Virus record (IMG/VR): IMGVR_UViG_3300028797_000099
Location: 1-64,000 of that record
Direction: 5' to 3' (one strand)
Source of the DNA: a virus
Taxonomy: Duplodnaviria > Heunggongvirae > Uroviricota > Caudoviricetes
DNA length: 64,000 bases
Positions 1 to 9,198 of this stretch are shown here, one piece after another. The translations under genes were made by a program, and so were the position numbers. Position 1 is the first letter of the stretch. Each line of letters starts with the position of its first letter. The notes beneath the pieces were generated by a model. That model saw only the letters and a list, made by a program, of their open reading frames with translations. It did no database searches and was not told the origin of the DNA.

Positions 1-376
1 GCAAGGGAGTTTTCTACCTGTATATGAAGTACGGTTACCTCTGTGTTTCGATAGAGTATACCAAGAAGGGTGAGTTCAAGGAGGTGAGGGGTTTTCTTTC
101 TATCGGGTGGGAGAATCCTACTTGCAGCCGTTTTTACTTTCCGAACTATTACAATTTTGGGGGAGTAAGGAGACTGGACAGGGATTATGTGGAGAAGTGT
201 ACCGTTACATCTACTAACGTGATGGTAGCCATAAGTGACATGTTCGAGAAGATAGAGAGTCTTACCAAGCGATAAGATATCTTCCTGCCGTACATCCCAT
301 ACATGATGACTCCCCTGGGTGGTTAACTCAGGGGATTTTTATCATAGGGGTTTATTGACTACGAGTTTTTTCATGG

Positions 377-997
377 TCATGCGAAGAAGTAGTTTCCCTT
401 GTGTTGTGTAAGGTAATCCAGTTGGGCCTGGGACTGGTCCATATACCTGCGGTTTAGATAGAGCCATTCGTAAGCCTTGTAGGAGAGCATCCAGTCGAGG
501 TTGTCAATCTCTTCGATTGAATCCCATCTTACATGGAGGGCATCGACATTGAATACATCCGTGATGACATAGCGGAGTTTGCTTTCGAAGTGTGCGGAGA
601 TGTATGTGCCCTGATGTTTGAACTGGAATCCGTTTTCGCCCCATCCGTCGCAGAACTGTTCGTCGATGTTGTCGACAATCTTCTTGAGGGCATCCTTGAA
701 GGGTTCCGGGGAGGAGTCTCGGAGGATATCGTTCTTGAAGTAGTAGCCGACGCAGAGGAGGATTCCTTCCGTGGGGGAGTAGGCGAGGTAGTGCTGGGCT
801 GGCTTGACGCCTTCCGGGAGGTCTTCCGTCTTATGGGGGAAGTGGTTGCCCATGTATGTCATCGAGAACGCCCAGAGCAGTTCGGGGAAGTAATCCCGTT
901 GGAGCAGGTAGGGGTCATAATCGCAGTCGTCATCCTTGCGGGATGATGTCTTGACCTTGAAGTAGAGCTTTACGAGGGAATAATCTAGTTCGTTCAT
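377..997 (-). CDS. hypothetical protein, DGWGENGF-motif family (paralog of 7718-8434)
   Basis: 206-aa ORF. It shares the blocks QFxDGWGENGF, LLCVGYY/IVLCMGVY and a VRW...I(E/D)N(L/I)(D/N)WML tail with ORF 7718-8497. Confidence 0.6.
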   Translation of the reverse strand: MNELDYSLVKLYFKVKTSSRKDDDCDYDPYLLQRDYFPELLWAFSMTYMGNHFPHKTEDLPEGVKPAQHYLAYSPTEGILLCVGYYFKNDILRDSSPEPFKDALKKIVDNIDEQFCDGWGENGFQFKHQGTYISAHFESKLRYVITDVFNVDALHVRWDSIEEIDNLDWMLSYKAYEWLYLNRRYMDQSQAQLDYLTQHKGNYFFA

Positions 998-1021
998 AGG
1001 GATTATTTTTTGATTTTTTGG

Positions 1022-1687
1022 TTACTTGATGGTTTCGGAGGTGATGACAGCGATGTTCTTTTCCCTGGCAATGTGTTGGAGACCGAGGAGGGATTCCTTT
1101 TTTATCATGTAGGGGGAGATGGTGGCTTCCAGGGCGTCAATGACGAGGACATCTATGTGGGGATGTTCCTTGGCTTCTTCGACGAGCTTGATTGCGTTTC
1201 TTATCTCGGCGGTCATGCACATGTTTGTCCATCCGTTCCTGAGATAGATTGGTTTCTTGTCCAGGGGGAAGTCTGCCATGTTCTTCAGGCGTTCGTACAG
1301 GGTTTCCACCTTGGTCTTGGAGGAGATGAAGAATACCTTGCTGTCGGACTTGGCTGCATCGAGGGCAATCTTGCAGAGGGATTCCAGGATATTTTGGAAG
1401 GATGTATCGGTAATGATGTGTATCTGGCCTCTTTGGAGGGAGAGGGAATCCAAGTATTCGTTTTGGAGGATGGAGCCTTCCGGGAGCTTTGCACAGTACT
1501 TGTAGTTGGATTCCTTGGTGATTACCGGGTAATCCCTATTTGGGATGTAGGCTAGGACATTTGCTATGTCAAAGGCATCTTCAGAATCGCCTACGGCCAT
1601 CTGTTCTCCCTTTTCGGGGAAGACGACTGGTTCCTTTGGATTGAATACGGGGAGGGCCTTGTTTTTGTAGCTTAGGGTTTTAATCAT
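1022..1687 (-). CDS. hypothetical protein (possible RecA-like NTPase fold, no clear Walker A)
   Basis: 221-aa ORF. Alternating beta/alpha pattern. DVLVIDALE resembles a Walker-B-like hhhhDE. Confidence 0.3.
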   Translation of the reverse strand: MIKTLSYKNKALPVFNPKEPVVFPEKGEQMAVGDSEDAFDIANVLAYIPNRDYPVITKESNYKYCAKLPEGSILQNEYLDSLSLQRGQIHIITDTSFQNILESLCKIALDAAKSDSKVFFISSKTKVETLYERLKNMADFPLDKKPIYLRNGWTNMCMTAEIRNAIKLVEEAKEHPHIDVLVIDALEATISPYMIKKESLLGLQHIAREKNIAVITSETIK

Positions 1688-1693
1688 GGTGAT

Positions 1694-1990
1694 TTAATTC
1701 CTTTTTGGTATGGTGTGTTGCACGCACTTGTATTGGATGTTCAGGTTTTTAGCCATCCAGTCCTTTGCCGGGTCGTTACGGACATATTTGTAATGTCGGT
1801 TCATGCCCTCGATAAGGACCAACGATTCCCCGCCGTCCTTCTTATAGAAATCGGTGATTTCCTTTCCAGTCGCCTCGCATTCTTCCTTGGTAGAGAAGTC
1901 GATGGTTTCCGACGTGAGGCCGCCAGAACCGCCGCTACGGAATCCCCCGCCTGTCGAGAATGCAAATACGATAATAAGGGTCCAAATCAT
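1694..1990 (-). CDS. small membrane-anchored Gly-rich protein
   Basis: Internal ATG at 1990 preceded by AAAGAGG. N-terminal TM helix IWTLIIVFAF followed by GGGFRSGGSGG. Confidence 0.5.
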   Translation of the reverse strand: MIWTLIIVFAFSTGGGFRSGGSGGLTSETIDFSTKEECEATGKEITDFYKKDGGESLVLIEGMNRHYKYVRNDPAKDWMAKNLNIQYKCVQHTIPKRN

Positions 1991-1994
1991 GGGT

Positions 1995-2288
1995 TTACCT
2001 CTTTGTTGGAATAATTGCGTTGTAATGCTTTTCGAACGTGGACATGCAGTCGCCAATCTTGGTTTGGAGGCCGTCTACGGACATGGGCAAGTCGGTGGGG
2101 TCCGCCTCGCCGTATTCGGGGTCGTCGATAGAGCATACCTTGTAGGTGTTCGGGAACAGGAAGCCCTCGCCGATTTCGACATTGAACACCATGAGCAGGT
2201 TGTGCTTTTCGAGGGTTTCTTTGAGTTCCTTGATTTTCTGGTTTACTTCGCTCTCCGCTTCGGGAGTGATTACGATTGGTTTGGACAT
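1995..2288 (-). CDS. hypothetical protein
   Basis: 97-aa ORF packed tightly in the minus-strand operon. Confidence 0.5.
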   Translation of the reverse strand: MSKPIVITPEAESEVNQKIKELKETLEKHNLLMVFNVEIGEGFLFPNTYKVCSIDDPEYGEADPTDLPMSVDGLQTKIGDCMSTFEKHYNAIIPTKR

Positions 2289-2309
2289 AGGTTTAATTCC
2301 TTTTGGTTG

Positions 2310-2468
2310 TTATTCCCCGTATTCTTTTTTGAATTTTTCCATTTCCTGTTCCCTGAGTTCTTCTGGGCATAGATTCTGGATACGGTATAGTTTCTTTTCC
2401 TTCTCGGACATGGTGCATTCCCATGAGCCGAGAAAGTCATATAAATCTGTTGTTTCCCAGTCTTCCAT
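2310..2468 (-). CDS. small hypothetical protein (52 aa, absent from ORF track)
   Basis: ATG with AGGTAA RBS. Fills the 2289-2470 gap. The stop lies 2 nt from the next gene. Confidence 0.45.
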   Translation of the reverse strand: MEDWETTDLYDFLGSWECTMSEKEKKLYRIQNLCPEELREQEMEKFKKEYGE

Positions 2469-2470
2469 GG

Positions 2471-2962
2471 TTAATTACCTGCCAATTTAGCAAGCGCTTC
2501 AAGATTTTCCTTGTCCGTCATGCTGATGTAGGATTTTTCAACAATCAGGTCGCCCCTGAGAGCTGTCATGGCAGCTTGCCAATGACCCCTGATAGCCAAG
2601 TCGTGGAACTTGTCGATATTCTCTTGTGCGGACATTAGTCGGAGCAGACATCCTGCATCGTCGTCATTGGTATATACCGTCTGGGCTGTTCCGTCTTCAA
2701 GCTGGAACTTAATCCTGTATTCGTACGGGATGTCCACCTCGATTGGGTCGTAACTGAGCGGGTCCTTCGGGTTAATCCTGCGGTGGACAGTTCCTTTCTG
2801 GATGAATTTTCCCCTTTCGGTGGAGAGGATTTTAACGCTGTTCTGGCCGTGTTTAGCTTCCGAGACATTGAACGAGGGGAAGAACGGGTAGATTGGGGCG
2901 AGCTTGTAGGCGCACCAGATGCCCATGACAGGAACAGATGAAACTTGATATACTTCTTCCAT
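2471..2962 (-). CDS. hypothetical protein
   Basis: ORF start trimmed to MEEVYQ, which is preceded by a GAGGTG RBS. Confidence 0.5.
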   Translation of the reverse strand: MEEVYQVSSVPVMGIWCAYKLAPIYPFFPSFNVSEAKHGQNSVKILSTERGKFIQKGTVHRRINPKDPLSYDPIEVDIPYEYRIKFQLEDGTAQTVYTNDDDAGCLLRLMSAQENIDKFHDLAIRGHWQAAMTALRGDLIVEKSYISMTDKENLEALAKLAGN

Positions 2963-2964
2963 GG

Positions 2965-3222
2965 TTATTTCACCTCGATGCACTGGTAGCCGTACTTTAC
3001 CAAGTCGGTATATACGGTTGAATAGAGCTGGGTGGTATCCTTTCCGAACAGGGGTCTATCCGTCTGCCTGAAGAAGTACCTTGTCTCGGGGGCATTGACA
3101 ACGAGTTCATATCCTGCGTTTTCGCAGTTCCTGAGGGAAGTGTAGCCTGGGATTGATGTGGAGGACAGGCCTCCTGCATTGCTTCCGTGGTAGAGTACTG
3201 TAAATACGATGAGTGTCCACAT
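2965..3222 (-). CDS. small secreted/membrane protein
   Basis: 85 aa with a hydrophobic N-terminus MWTLIVFTVLYHGSNA. Confidence 0.45.
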   Translation of the reverse strand: MWTLIVFTVLYHGSNAGGLSSTSIPGYTSLRNCENAGYELVVNAPETRYFFRQTDRPLFGKDTTQLYSTVYTDLVKYGYQCIEVK

Positions 3223-3235
3223 GGTGTTGCTTCCT

Positions 3236-3826
3236 TTAATCAGATTCAGTTAAGCCTGTAACGATGGTCTTGGATTCTTCTTTTTTGGCGAAATAGGCCG
3301 CTTTCGCCTCATGGAGTCTCTTGGCAAAGTCGGGGAAGAGTTCCTTGTAGAGTTCTACATTGTCCTTATCCTTGGCTTCGACAAGTTCTTCGAGGATAGG
3401 TGGCATGAAGCTTTTTCCGCCGCCGAAGACGATGGGCTTGTCGGTAAAGCCGTTCTTGTCTTCCCAGCATACGAGGTCTTCGCACCATGTCTTGAACTGG
3501 ATGAACTCTGGGTCCTTTCTCAGTTCTTCCCTGGACCTGGGTTCCTTCTTTTCGTGCAAGTCCTTGCGGGCCATCTCCAGGAGGAAGTCGTCGCACATCT
3601 GATTGATGCGTTCCTCGGTCAGGTCGGCGAGGTATCCCACGATGACATTGACATAGGGTTCATGGACATAGGGGGTAAGCGAGACGACGATATGGGTCTT
3701 TGCGTACTTGGTCAATTTTCTGTCCAAATCTTCTTTATAGCAGGCTCTTTCAGTGATGGTTTCGAACCGTTGCTCATAACGGTGGCCTTGAATCATCTGT
3801 GAGTTGATAAATGTGTTTTCTGCCAT
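3236..3826 (-). CDS. hypothetical protein
   Basis: 196-aa ORF. It is the first gene downstream of the promoter at 3857-3886. Confidence 0.55.
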   Translation of the reverse strand: MAENTFINSQMIQGHRYEQRFETITERACYKEDLDRKLTKYAKTHIVVSLTPYVHEPYVNVIVGYLADLTEERINQMCDDFLLEMARKDLHEKKEPRSREELRKDPEFIQFKTWCEDLVCWEDKNGFTDKPIVFGGGKSFMPPILEELVEAKDKDNVELYKELFPDFAKRLHEAKAAYFAKKEESKTIVTGLTESD

Positions 3827-3856
3827 GGGTTAGTTCCTTTTGTGTTTGACATGGAT

Positions 3857-3886
3857 AATATACATAAATAAATCCCCTCTGTCAAG
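3857..3886 (-). promoter_or_regulatory. sigma70-like promoter (TTGACA-18-TATATT) with -35 in hairpin loop
   Basis: Read in the transcribed orientation: CCCCCTCTTGACAGAGGGGATTTATTTATGTATATT. Confidence 0.5.
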
Positions 3887-3915
3887 AGGGGGTTGGAAAT
3901 TTTTTTGTATCGGGC

Positions 3916-4119
3916 CTATAAGATACCCCGTTTTTCCACCGTTTTGGCATCCAAGGAGAAAGTGGCACCGCAAACGGAGCAACGCTTGATATAGACGAGT
4001 TTTCCTGTTAGAGGGTCCCTTCGTGGTTCCACGTCGCCCGCCAAGTTGGAAATGACGGGCTTGACGGAATCTTCCCCGTTGCACAGGGGGCATCGTGACC
4101 AGGTGTGCGTAAGTGTCAT
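3916..4119 (-). CDS. zinc-ribbon protein
   Basis: CPLCNG...CSVCG gives a C4 zinc ribbon. 67 aa. Confidence 0.5.
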   Translation of the reverse strand: MTLTHTWSRCPLCNGEDSVKPVISNLAGDVEPRRDPLTGKLVYIKRCSVCGATFSLDAKTVEKRGIL

Positions 4120-4120
4120 T

Positions 4121-4306
4121 TCATCTCCTGTATCTTTCCTTGTATATCAAATCCAGCAGGGTCCAGAAGGAAGCGGTATTGACGATGACGAAGATGACGA
4201 GGCCGACTATATGGAGAACGGAGAGTTCTGCCGTATATAGGAGGTAGATTCCTAGTACTACGGCGACCATATTGATGAAGCAGATGTAGTCTTTATTGTG
4301 GTTCAT
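4121..4306 (-). CDS. small membrane protein (2 TM)
   Basis: 61 aa with two hydrophobic helices. Confidence 0.45.
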   Translation of the reverse strand: MNHNKDYICFINMVAVVLGIYLLYTAELSVLHIVGLVIFVIVNTASFWTLLDLIYKERYRR

Positions 4307-4321
4307 GCGGCTACTCCGTGG

Positions 4322-4894
4322 TTAGAACGGGTCGTGCATCTTCTTTTCCATAGTCCAGTAGTACTTGTGGATTGCGTTAATGAACATGGTTTCAATCAAC
4401 GACCATATCCTTTCGTTCGTGTCCTTGGAATGTCCGTAGTGTTGGAATCCTTTACGGAGGTTGCCAAGCATTATGTCGGCTGCCTTCTTTCCGTTGATAT
4501 ACGTACGAATCACGTAACAGGCATGTACGCATGCCTCCTCGGGATGTGTCATATCGTCGAGCCACCTGGTAATGTGCTTTCGGTCTGTAACTCGGTTGAA
4601 CCCCATGAAGCCAGGGAAGCAGTGCCTGTGGGACTGGTACAGGAAGCGGCATAGGCTGTTGACCAGCTCCACGGGTATCATCTGCCCGTTGGATACATAG
4701 GAGAACATCTTCTCGGTGAAACGACGTTTTTCCTCATCGTAGCATTTCCTGACCTCACGGTTGTTATTTATCTCGTCTTCGAGCGTTGCTGCTTCGCTCT
4801 TATCGAGGGTATCACGAATCTTAGCCAACTCGGCCTGACATCCGTCGTGGTTCAGTGTTCGGATATACCTTGTTATCTCGGTTACTTTCTGCAT
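4322..4894 (-). CDS. hypothetical protein
   Basis: 190-aa ORF. Confidence 0.5.
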   Translation of the reverse strand: MQKVTEITRYIRTLNHDGCQAELAKIRDTLDKSEAATLEDEINNNREVRKCYDEEKRRFTEKMFSYVSNGQMIPVELVNSLCRFLYQSHRHCFPGFMGFNRVTDRKHITRWLDDMTHPEEACVHACYVIRTYINGKKAADIMLGNLRKGFQHYGHSKDTNERIWSLIETMFINAIHKYYWTMEKKMHDPF

Positions 4895-4914
4895 GATGTT
4901 CCAATTAGATTTAG

Positions 4915-5103
4915 TTAGGAAATTACTAGATAATACGGGCCGACCCTATTGTGGCATACAACTTTTTGTTCAGAGTCAACATCGAAAATCGGTTCGAAAT
5001 CTGGGTATAGCCAACCCTCTTCCCTGACTGGTTTCATACATTCCATGTCGCCGTGTTTCTCGATTTCGGCTTGTATCAGTTCTATCAATTCGGATGCTTT
5101 CAT
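4915..5103 (-). CDS. small hypothetical protein
   Basis: 62-aa ORF. Confidence 0.35.
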   Translation of the reverse strand: MKASELIELIQAEIEKHGDMECMKPVREEGWLYPDFEPIFDVDSEQKVVCHNRVGPYYLVIS

Positions 5104-5131
5104 CAGTTCGCTCCTATGACCTCTTTACCAT

Positions 5132-5160
5132 AATATAGGTAATTAAAGGCGTGTTGTAAA
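5132..5160 (-). promoter_or_regulatory. promoter variant TTTACA-17-TATATT
   Basis: Read in the transcribed orientation: TTTACAACACGCCTTTAATTACCTATATT. Confidence 0.4.
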
Positions 5161-5179
5161 GGGAAGTTGTGTAAAATTT

Positions 5180-5449
5180 CTATTTTTTCTTTTCTGCGTA
5201 AATCATCATGCCGAAGCCGTCGCTTACTTCGTCGAGGTAGACATCGTCTTTTAGGTACTCGCTGATGCGACCGAAGAACATGAGGTCAGTTGGGGTGTTC
5301 TTGCACCTGACGTAGCTTGAACATGCCCCTGCGCTTCTCTGCCAGTGGTTGGCGTGGGTGGTCTTCCAAGTTGGAATATCCACCTCGTAGCCGAGTTCTT
5401 TCTTGATGCGTTCGGCGAGTTTTTCACGGAGGGTCTTGCGTTTAGGCAT
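5180..5449 (-). CDS. hypothetical basic protein
   Basis: Start trimmed to MPKRKTL behind an AGGAGA RBS. Confidence 0.45.
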   Translation of the reverse strand: MPKRKTLREKLAERIKKELGYEVDIPTWKTTHANHWQRSAGACSSYVRCKNTPTDLMFFGRISEYLKDDVYLDEVSDGFGMMIYAEKKK

Positions 5450-5459
5450 GGTTGTTCTC

Positions 5460-5684
5460 CTAGCAATAGTCCAGTGTCCAAATCCAGTCGGCTGTTGCGG
5501 ATATCCAATTAGATTCATTTATGTATTCATCCCTCTTGGGGAATTCCTCGTCGATGGCGTACTCGTTGTTGGAAATCATTTCATCGGCTTCGTCATCGGT
5601 GAGGTAGCCGGGGCCGTCGTCGAGGGGGAGGAGCTGGGAGGTGAGGTTCTCCTTCACCTTTTTCCTGAATGTCGCTTTATCCAT
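5460..5684 (-). CDS. small highly acidic protein
   Basis: 74 aa, D/E-rich (DDEADEMISNNEYAIDEE). Confidence 0.45.
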   Translation of the reverse strand: MDKATFRKKVKENLTSQLLPLDDGPGYLTDDEADEMISNNEYAIDEEFPKRDEYINESNWISATADWIWTLDYC

Positions 5685-5694
5685 AGGGCATCCT

Positions 5695-6216
5695 TTAACC
5701 GAGGAGGATTTTCGTAAGGGCTTCGGTGAACTTCTTGTCGAGCTCTACTATGGCATCCGTCACGGTAAGCACAAGGTTCATCCTTGCACGGCAGACGCTG
5801 TTCAGGTCGTACGGGCTATTGTATCTACCGTCGGAATAGCGTTCGTATTGCTCGGCCTTGCAACGGAACGAGTCGGAGCCAGCGGCGAGCTTGTCGAGTG
5901 ACTTTAATGTGGTCTTGATTGCTGCGACCTTCCTTATTTCCGTCGTGGTGACTAAGCCACTCTTGGCGAGGTCGATTAGTCTGTTCATGAAGTACAGCTT
6001 GATGTCACTCATGTCCTGCAGGTATGCGTTCTGCGCCTTCACGCCGATTTCCGCATCGAGGACCTCGAAGTCTTTCTCAGTCCATGTCTCGTCGAACTTA
6101 ACCTGTCCGCACAGGGTTTCGAACTCGTATGCCTCATTCGGTGTCATCTTCTTGAGTTCAGGGTTCGTACGGAGGTATTTTTCGAGAAATTCACGGGTGT
6201 TCTTAAAGTAATCCAT
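5695..6216 (-). CDS. hypothetical protein
   Basis: 173-aa ORF. Confidence 0.5.
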   Translation of the reverse strand: MDYFKNTREFLEKYLRTNPELKKMTPNEAYEFETLCGQVKFDETWTEKDFEVLDAEIGVKAQNAYLQDMSDIKLYFMNRLIDLAKSGLVTTTEIRKVAAIKTTLKSLDKLAAGSDSFRCKAEQYERYSDGRYNSPYDLNSVCRARMNLVLTVTDAIVELDKKFTEALTKILLG

Positions 6217-6226
6217 TTTGGTTTCC

Positions 6227-6805
6227 TTATAGTTTCAATTTGCCTCTGATTGCCTCGCACCATTCCTTGCGAAGAACCTGGAGGAGGGTCTTCTGCATCT
6301 CTATGGTATCGGGGTCGTCGGCACAGAGGTATGTCGTTCCAGACCTGTCCTGGATGAAGATGCAGTCTTCAGCCTGCTTGATTGTGCTTTTCAGCAGAGT
6401 AGTCTTCCAAGCGTCGTCGAGAACGAGTGTCTTCTCGGTTTCCTTGGCTATTTTTCGAACAAAGTCGCTTCCTTCGGTTACGACGGTTTTCCAACCGAGG
6501 GTAGGGTAGTCAACCTTGGGTTTAAATACTTTCTTCTTTTGGCGGTAGTAATCCTGAAAGCATCCCTTGTAGTTCTTCCGGCGGACACAGTAGTGGTGGC
6601 AATCCCACCTGTTACCGTGAGTGTTTTCGCATCCCATGGCCTTGCATTCCTCGAAGGTATGCTTCGGGACGAGGGCGTAGGCTTCCTCTTTGAGTTCGTC
6701 TATCTGGGCAACCAGCTCGTCGATACGCTTGCTAATTGATTTCAGTTTAGCCCAGGTCTCTTCCGAGATGGATTCCATCTGTGGCGGTTGCGGTTTCTTA
6801 TCCAT
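6227..6805 (-). CDS. hypothetical Cys/His-rich protein (possible zinc-binding or HNH-like)
   Basis: CENTHGNRWDCHHYC cluster. 192 aa. Confidence 0.4.
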   Translation of the reverse strand: MDKKPQPPQMESISEETWAKLKSISKRIDELVAQIDELKEEAYALVPKHTFEECKAMGCENTHGNRWDCHHYCVRRKNYKGCFQDYYRQKKKVFKPKVDYPTLGWKTVVTEGSDFVRKIAKETEKTLVLDDAWKTTLLKSTIKQAEDCIFIQDRSGTTYLCADDPDTIEMQKTLLQVLRKEWCEAIRGKLKL

Positions 6806-6821
6806 GGGGGAAATCCTGTTG

Positions 6822-7280
6822 CTACATGATTTTCATGCGGTCTTCGATTGAACCTTCGTCATTGTCGAAGGCTGACTTTTCGAGGAGGCCCACCAGATAC
6901 TTTCGCTTGGCTTCCTCGTCCTTGCTGTCCCATGCGAGATGACGGAACAAGTCTTCGAGCTTGTAGAAGCGGAAATACTTCTTCCATTCCTCCGGGTTCT
7001 TGTCCTTGCTGTACACCTTCTTGATGTTGAAGAGGTTGAGGTAGAGTCGCTTGATAGCCTTTTCCACTTCACGGTGGATTTCGAGCTGCATGCAGTAGGA
7101 GTAGCCCTTCATGAAGCAGTCAATGGCGAGGTCTTTGTCCGCATCATTGACGCCTGCGATGTCGGCAAGGTCCTTAGCCTGTTCTTCGACATAGTTGAAC
7201 ACTTCTTCTGCTTCCTTCTTGGTCTTTGCGATGGGGAAGAGCCATTTGAGGTCGTTGTGGGTCTTTGTAAACTTTCTCAT
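6822..7280 (-). CDS. hypothetical protein
   Basis: 152-aa ORF. Confidence 0.5.
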   Translation of the reverse strand: MRKFTKTHNDLKWLFPIAKTKKEAEEVFNYVEEQAKDLADIAGVNDADKDLAIDCFMKGYSYCMQLEIHREVEKAIKRLYLNLFNIKKVYSKDKNPEEWKKYFRFYKLEDLFRHLAWDSKDEEAKRKYLVGLLEKSAFDNDEGSIEDRMKIM

Positions 7281-7284
7281 GGGA

Positions 7285-7629
7285 TTATCCTTTCTTTTCG
7301 AAACAAGTTTTGATATACGCTTCCCTCATGATTCTGAGGATGGGGTTGTCTTCAATCTGGCATTCGGCTTCAATCTTTTCGAGACGGCTCCTGAGGTAAG
7401 CCTCCTTTACCGCATCGTCGATGATGATACGCTTCCATGTGCCCGTGAGGTTGAGTCTTCTGTCGCCAACTTCGAGTACCCTTCTGTAGTCGTTGAACAT
7501 AAGGGGCTGTCCGCATTCTACGCAGAACTTGTCTCTACTGTAAACGGTCTTTCCGCATACGGGGCAGCAGCAGCTAATCCACGGGGAACCGTTCTGAACA
7601 TATACATGGGCTTCTTTTGGGTTTGCCAT
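7285..7629 (-). CDS. zinc-ribbon protein
   Basis: Start MANPKE behind an AAGGAT RBS. CCCPVCGK...CVECG motif. Confidence 0.5.
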   Translation of the reverse strand: MANPKEAHVYVQNGSPWISCCCPVCGKTVYSRDKFCVECGQPLMFNDYRRVLEVGDRRLNLTGTWKRIIIDDAVKEAYLRSRLEKIEAECQIEDNPILRIMREAYIKTCFEKKG

Positions 7630-7663
7630 TGGTTGAATCCTTTCTTGATTGGTTACAAAAAAC

Positions 7664-7692
7664 AATATAGCTAATTAAAGCTATATTGTCAA
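7664..7692 (-). promoter_or_regulatory. promoter TTGACA-17-TATATT (42-nt near-identical copy of 13744-13772)
   Basis: Read in the transcribed orientation: CTTGACAATATAGCTTTAATTAGCTATATT. Confidence 0.55.
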
Positions 7693-7717
7693 GGATTATT
7701 TTGATTTTTTTGATATT

Positions 7718-8434
7718 TTATGTCTCGAAGAACATGTCGAGGTGTTCCTTGATGTAGTTGAACCGTTGCATCGTGTAGTCCTTTTCAGGGGGTATGCCGA
7801 ACCTCTTGAGCATATCGAGATGGTCCTGAATTTCCGCCTTGCTCTCATCGGGCCTGTACAGCATGTTGAAGGCACCGTTGCCATGGTAGAGCATCCAGTT
7901 GATGTTCTCGATTGCCTCGGTATTCTTCCACCTTACGCTGAAGTTGGCACAGTGACCCTGCACGGATGCGACGATGCCTACAAGGTTGCTCGTACTGAAC
8001 TTGCAGTAGTAAGGCTTGTCTCCGCTTTCGAAAAGGAATCCGTTTTCGCCCCATCCGTCGTTGAACTGGCCGTCGATTTCGTCTTCCAGCTTGTAGAGGA
8101 CTTCCTTGGTCTTCTCGGTGTCGCTGAGGATGCGGGAGTCGATGTAGACACCCATACAGAGGACGATGCCGTGGTCCTTGTCGAAGGATATGAAGTGGCC
8201 TCCCGCCTTGGTTCCTTCGGGGAACTGGTCGTCGCACAGGGGGTATGTCTTGCCCATGAATGAGGACTGGAAGGCTGAGAGCAGGTCTGGGAGCAGCTGC
8301 TTCTTTTCCTGTTCGCTGAGTTCGGTTTCATCGCCGTTCTCGTCGTTCCCGGTGAGTTCGATGCGGTAGAAGAGCTGGATGTTGTTGCTGTAATCGCAGT
8401 AGAATGGTTTTCCTGTATGTTCGTTCTTAGACAT
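7718..8434 (-). CDS. hypothetical protein, DGWGENGF-motif family (paralog of 377-997)
   Basis: Shares the DGWGENGF block with 377-997. Start MSKNEH overlaps the upstream gene by 8 nt. Confidence 0.6.
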   Translation of the reverse strand: MSKNEHTGKPFYCDYSNNIQLFYRIELTGNDENGDETELSEQEKKQLLPDLLSAFQSSFMGKTYPLCDDQFPEGTKAGGHFISFDKDHGIVLCMGVYIDSRILSDTEKTKEVLYKLEDEIDGQFNDGWGENGFLFESGDKPYYCKFSTSNLVGIVASVQGHCANFSVRWKNTEAIENINWMLYHGNGAFNMLYRPDESKAEIQDHLDMLKRFGIPPEKDYTMQRFNYIKEHLDMFFET

Positions 8435-8990
8435 TGTCTTTACCCTTGTTAGCCTTTGGAAGATAAATTCCCGCAACTTTCCTGTTGTATGGCTCAACCC
8501 CGTTGCGCCTACGGTAGCTTTGCTTCATCTTGTCGAGCCACGCTTCTGCTTCCTGTCTGCTCATGGACTTGAGGTCACCTCTCTTGATAAGGTCGGCAAC
8601 TACCTGGGGACAACCAGCGACCTGTGTGAAGGTAAACTGTGTTGCAATTTCACGGGCGCCTCGGGTACCTTTGTCCTTGTCGTACCAAATCATCAGGCAT
8701 ACGCCGTTCATGTAGAGATATTCGTGAGTACGGTTTTCACACGAGGGGTCGAACCCACGGTAGAACAGGGTGTAACAAATCTGGTACGAATTCTCTTTCG
8801 TGAGAAGCATGAACTCGTTCTTGTGGGCAAGGTTAACTAGCGTCTTGCATGCGGCAAGCCTTGCCTTGAGAGCGGCGATTTCCTTTCGGGCGCCGTCAAT
8901 ATTATATGATAAATTCCCGATGGTCTTTTCCATCTCGCCAGGGATGCGCTTCTGGCCACGCTTTACATATTTGAAATCGTATTCACTCAT
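8427..8990 (-). CDS. hypothetical protein
   Basis: Start MSEYDF behind an AGGAAG RBS. Confidence 0.5.
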   Translation of the reverse strand: MSEYDFKYVKRGQKRIPGEMEKTIGNLSYNIDGARKEIAALKARLAACKTLVNLAHKNEFMLLTKENSYQICYTLFYRGFDPSCENRTHEYLYMNGVCLMIWYDKDKGTRGAREIATQFTFTQVAGCPQVVADLIKRGDLKSMSRQEAEAWLDKMKQSYRRRNGVEPYNRKVAGIYLPKANKGKDNV

Positions 8991-8992
8991 GG

Positions 8993-9196
8993 TTAATCTT
9001 CCTTGATATGGAGTTTCGACCAATCATCCCATCGGTCTGCACCTACTTCACGGACGAGACATCCGTCGCATTCATTGTCGGGCTTGCGGAAACGAATCCC
9101 GTTTTGACAAACATACTGGGTCTTTGTTTCACGCACTACCGTGTAAACGCTCTCTCCGCCTTTAACGAACGGATTTCTTTTAACAATAGTCTTCAT
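8993..9196 (-). CDS. small hypothetical protein
   Basis: 67-aa ORF containing a CDGC motif. Confidence 0.4.
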   Translation of the reverse strand: MKTIVKRNPFVKGGESVYTVVRETKTQYVCQNGIRFRKPDNECDGCLVREVGADRWDDWSKLHIKED

Positions 9197-9198
9197 GG

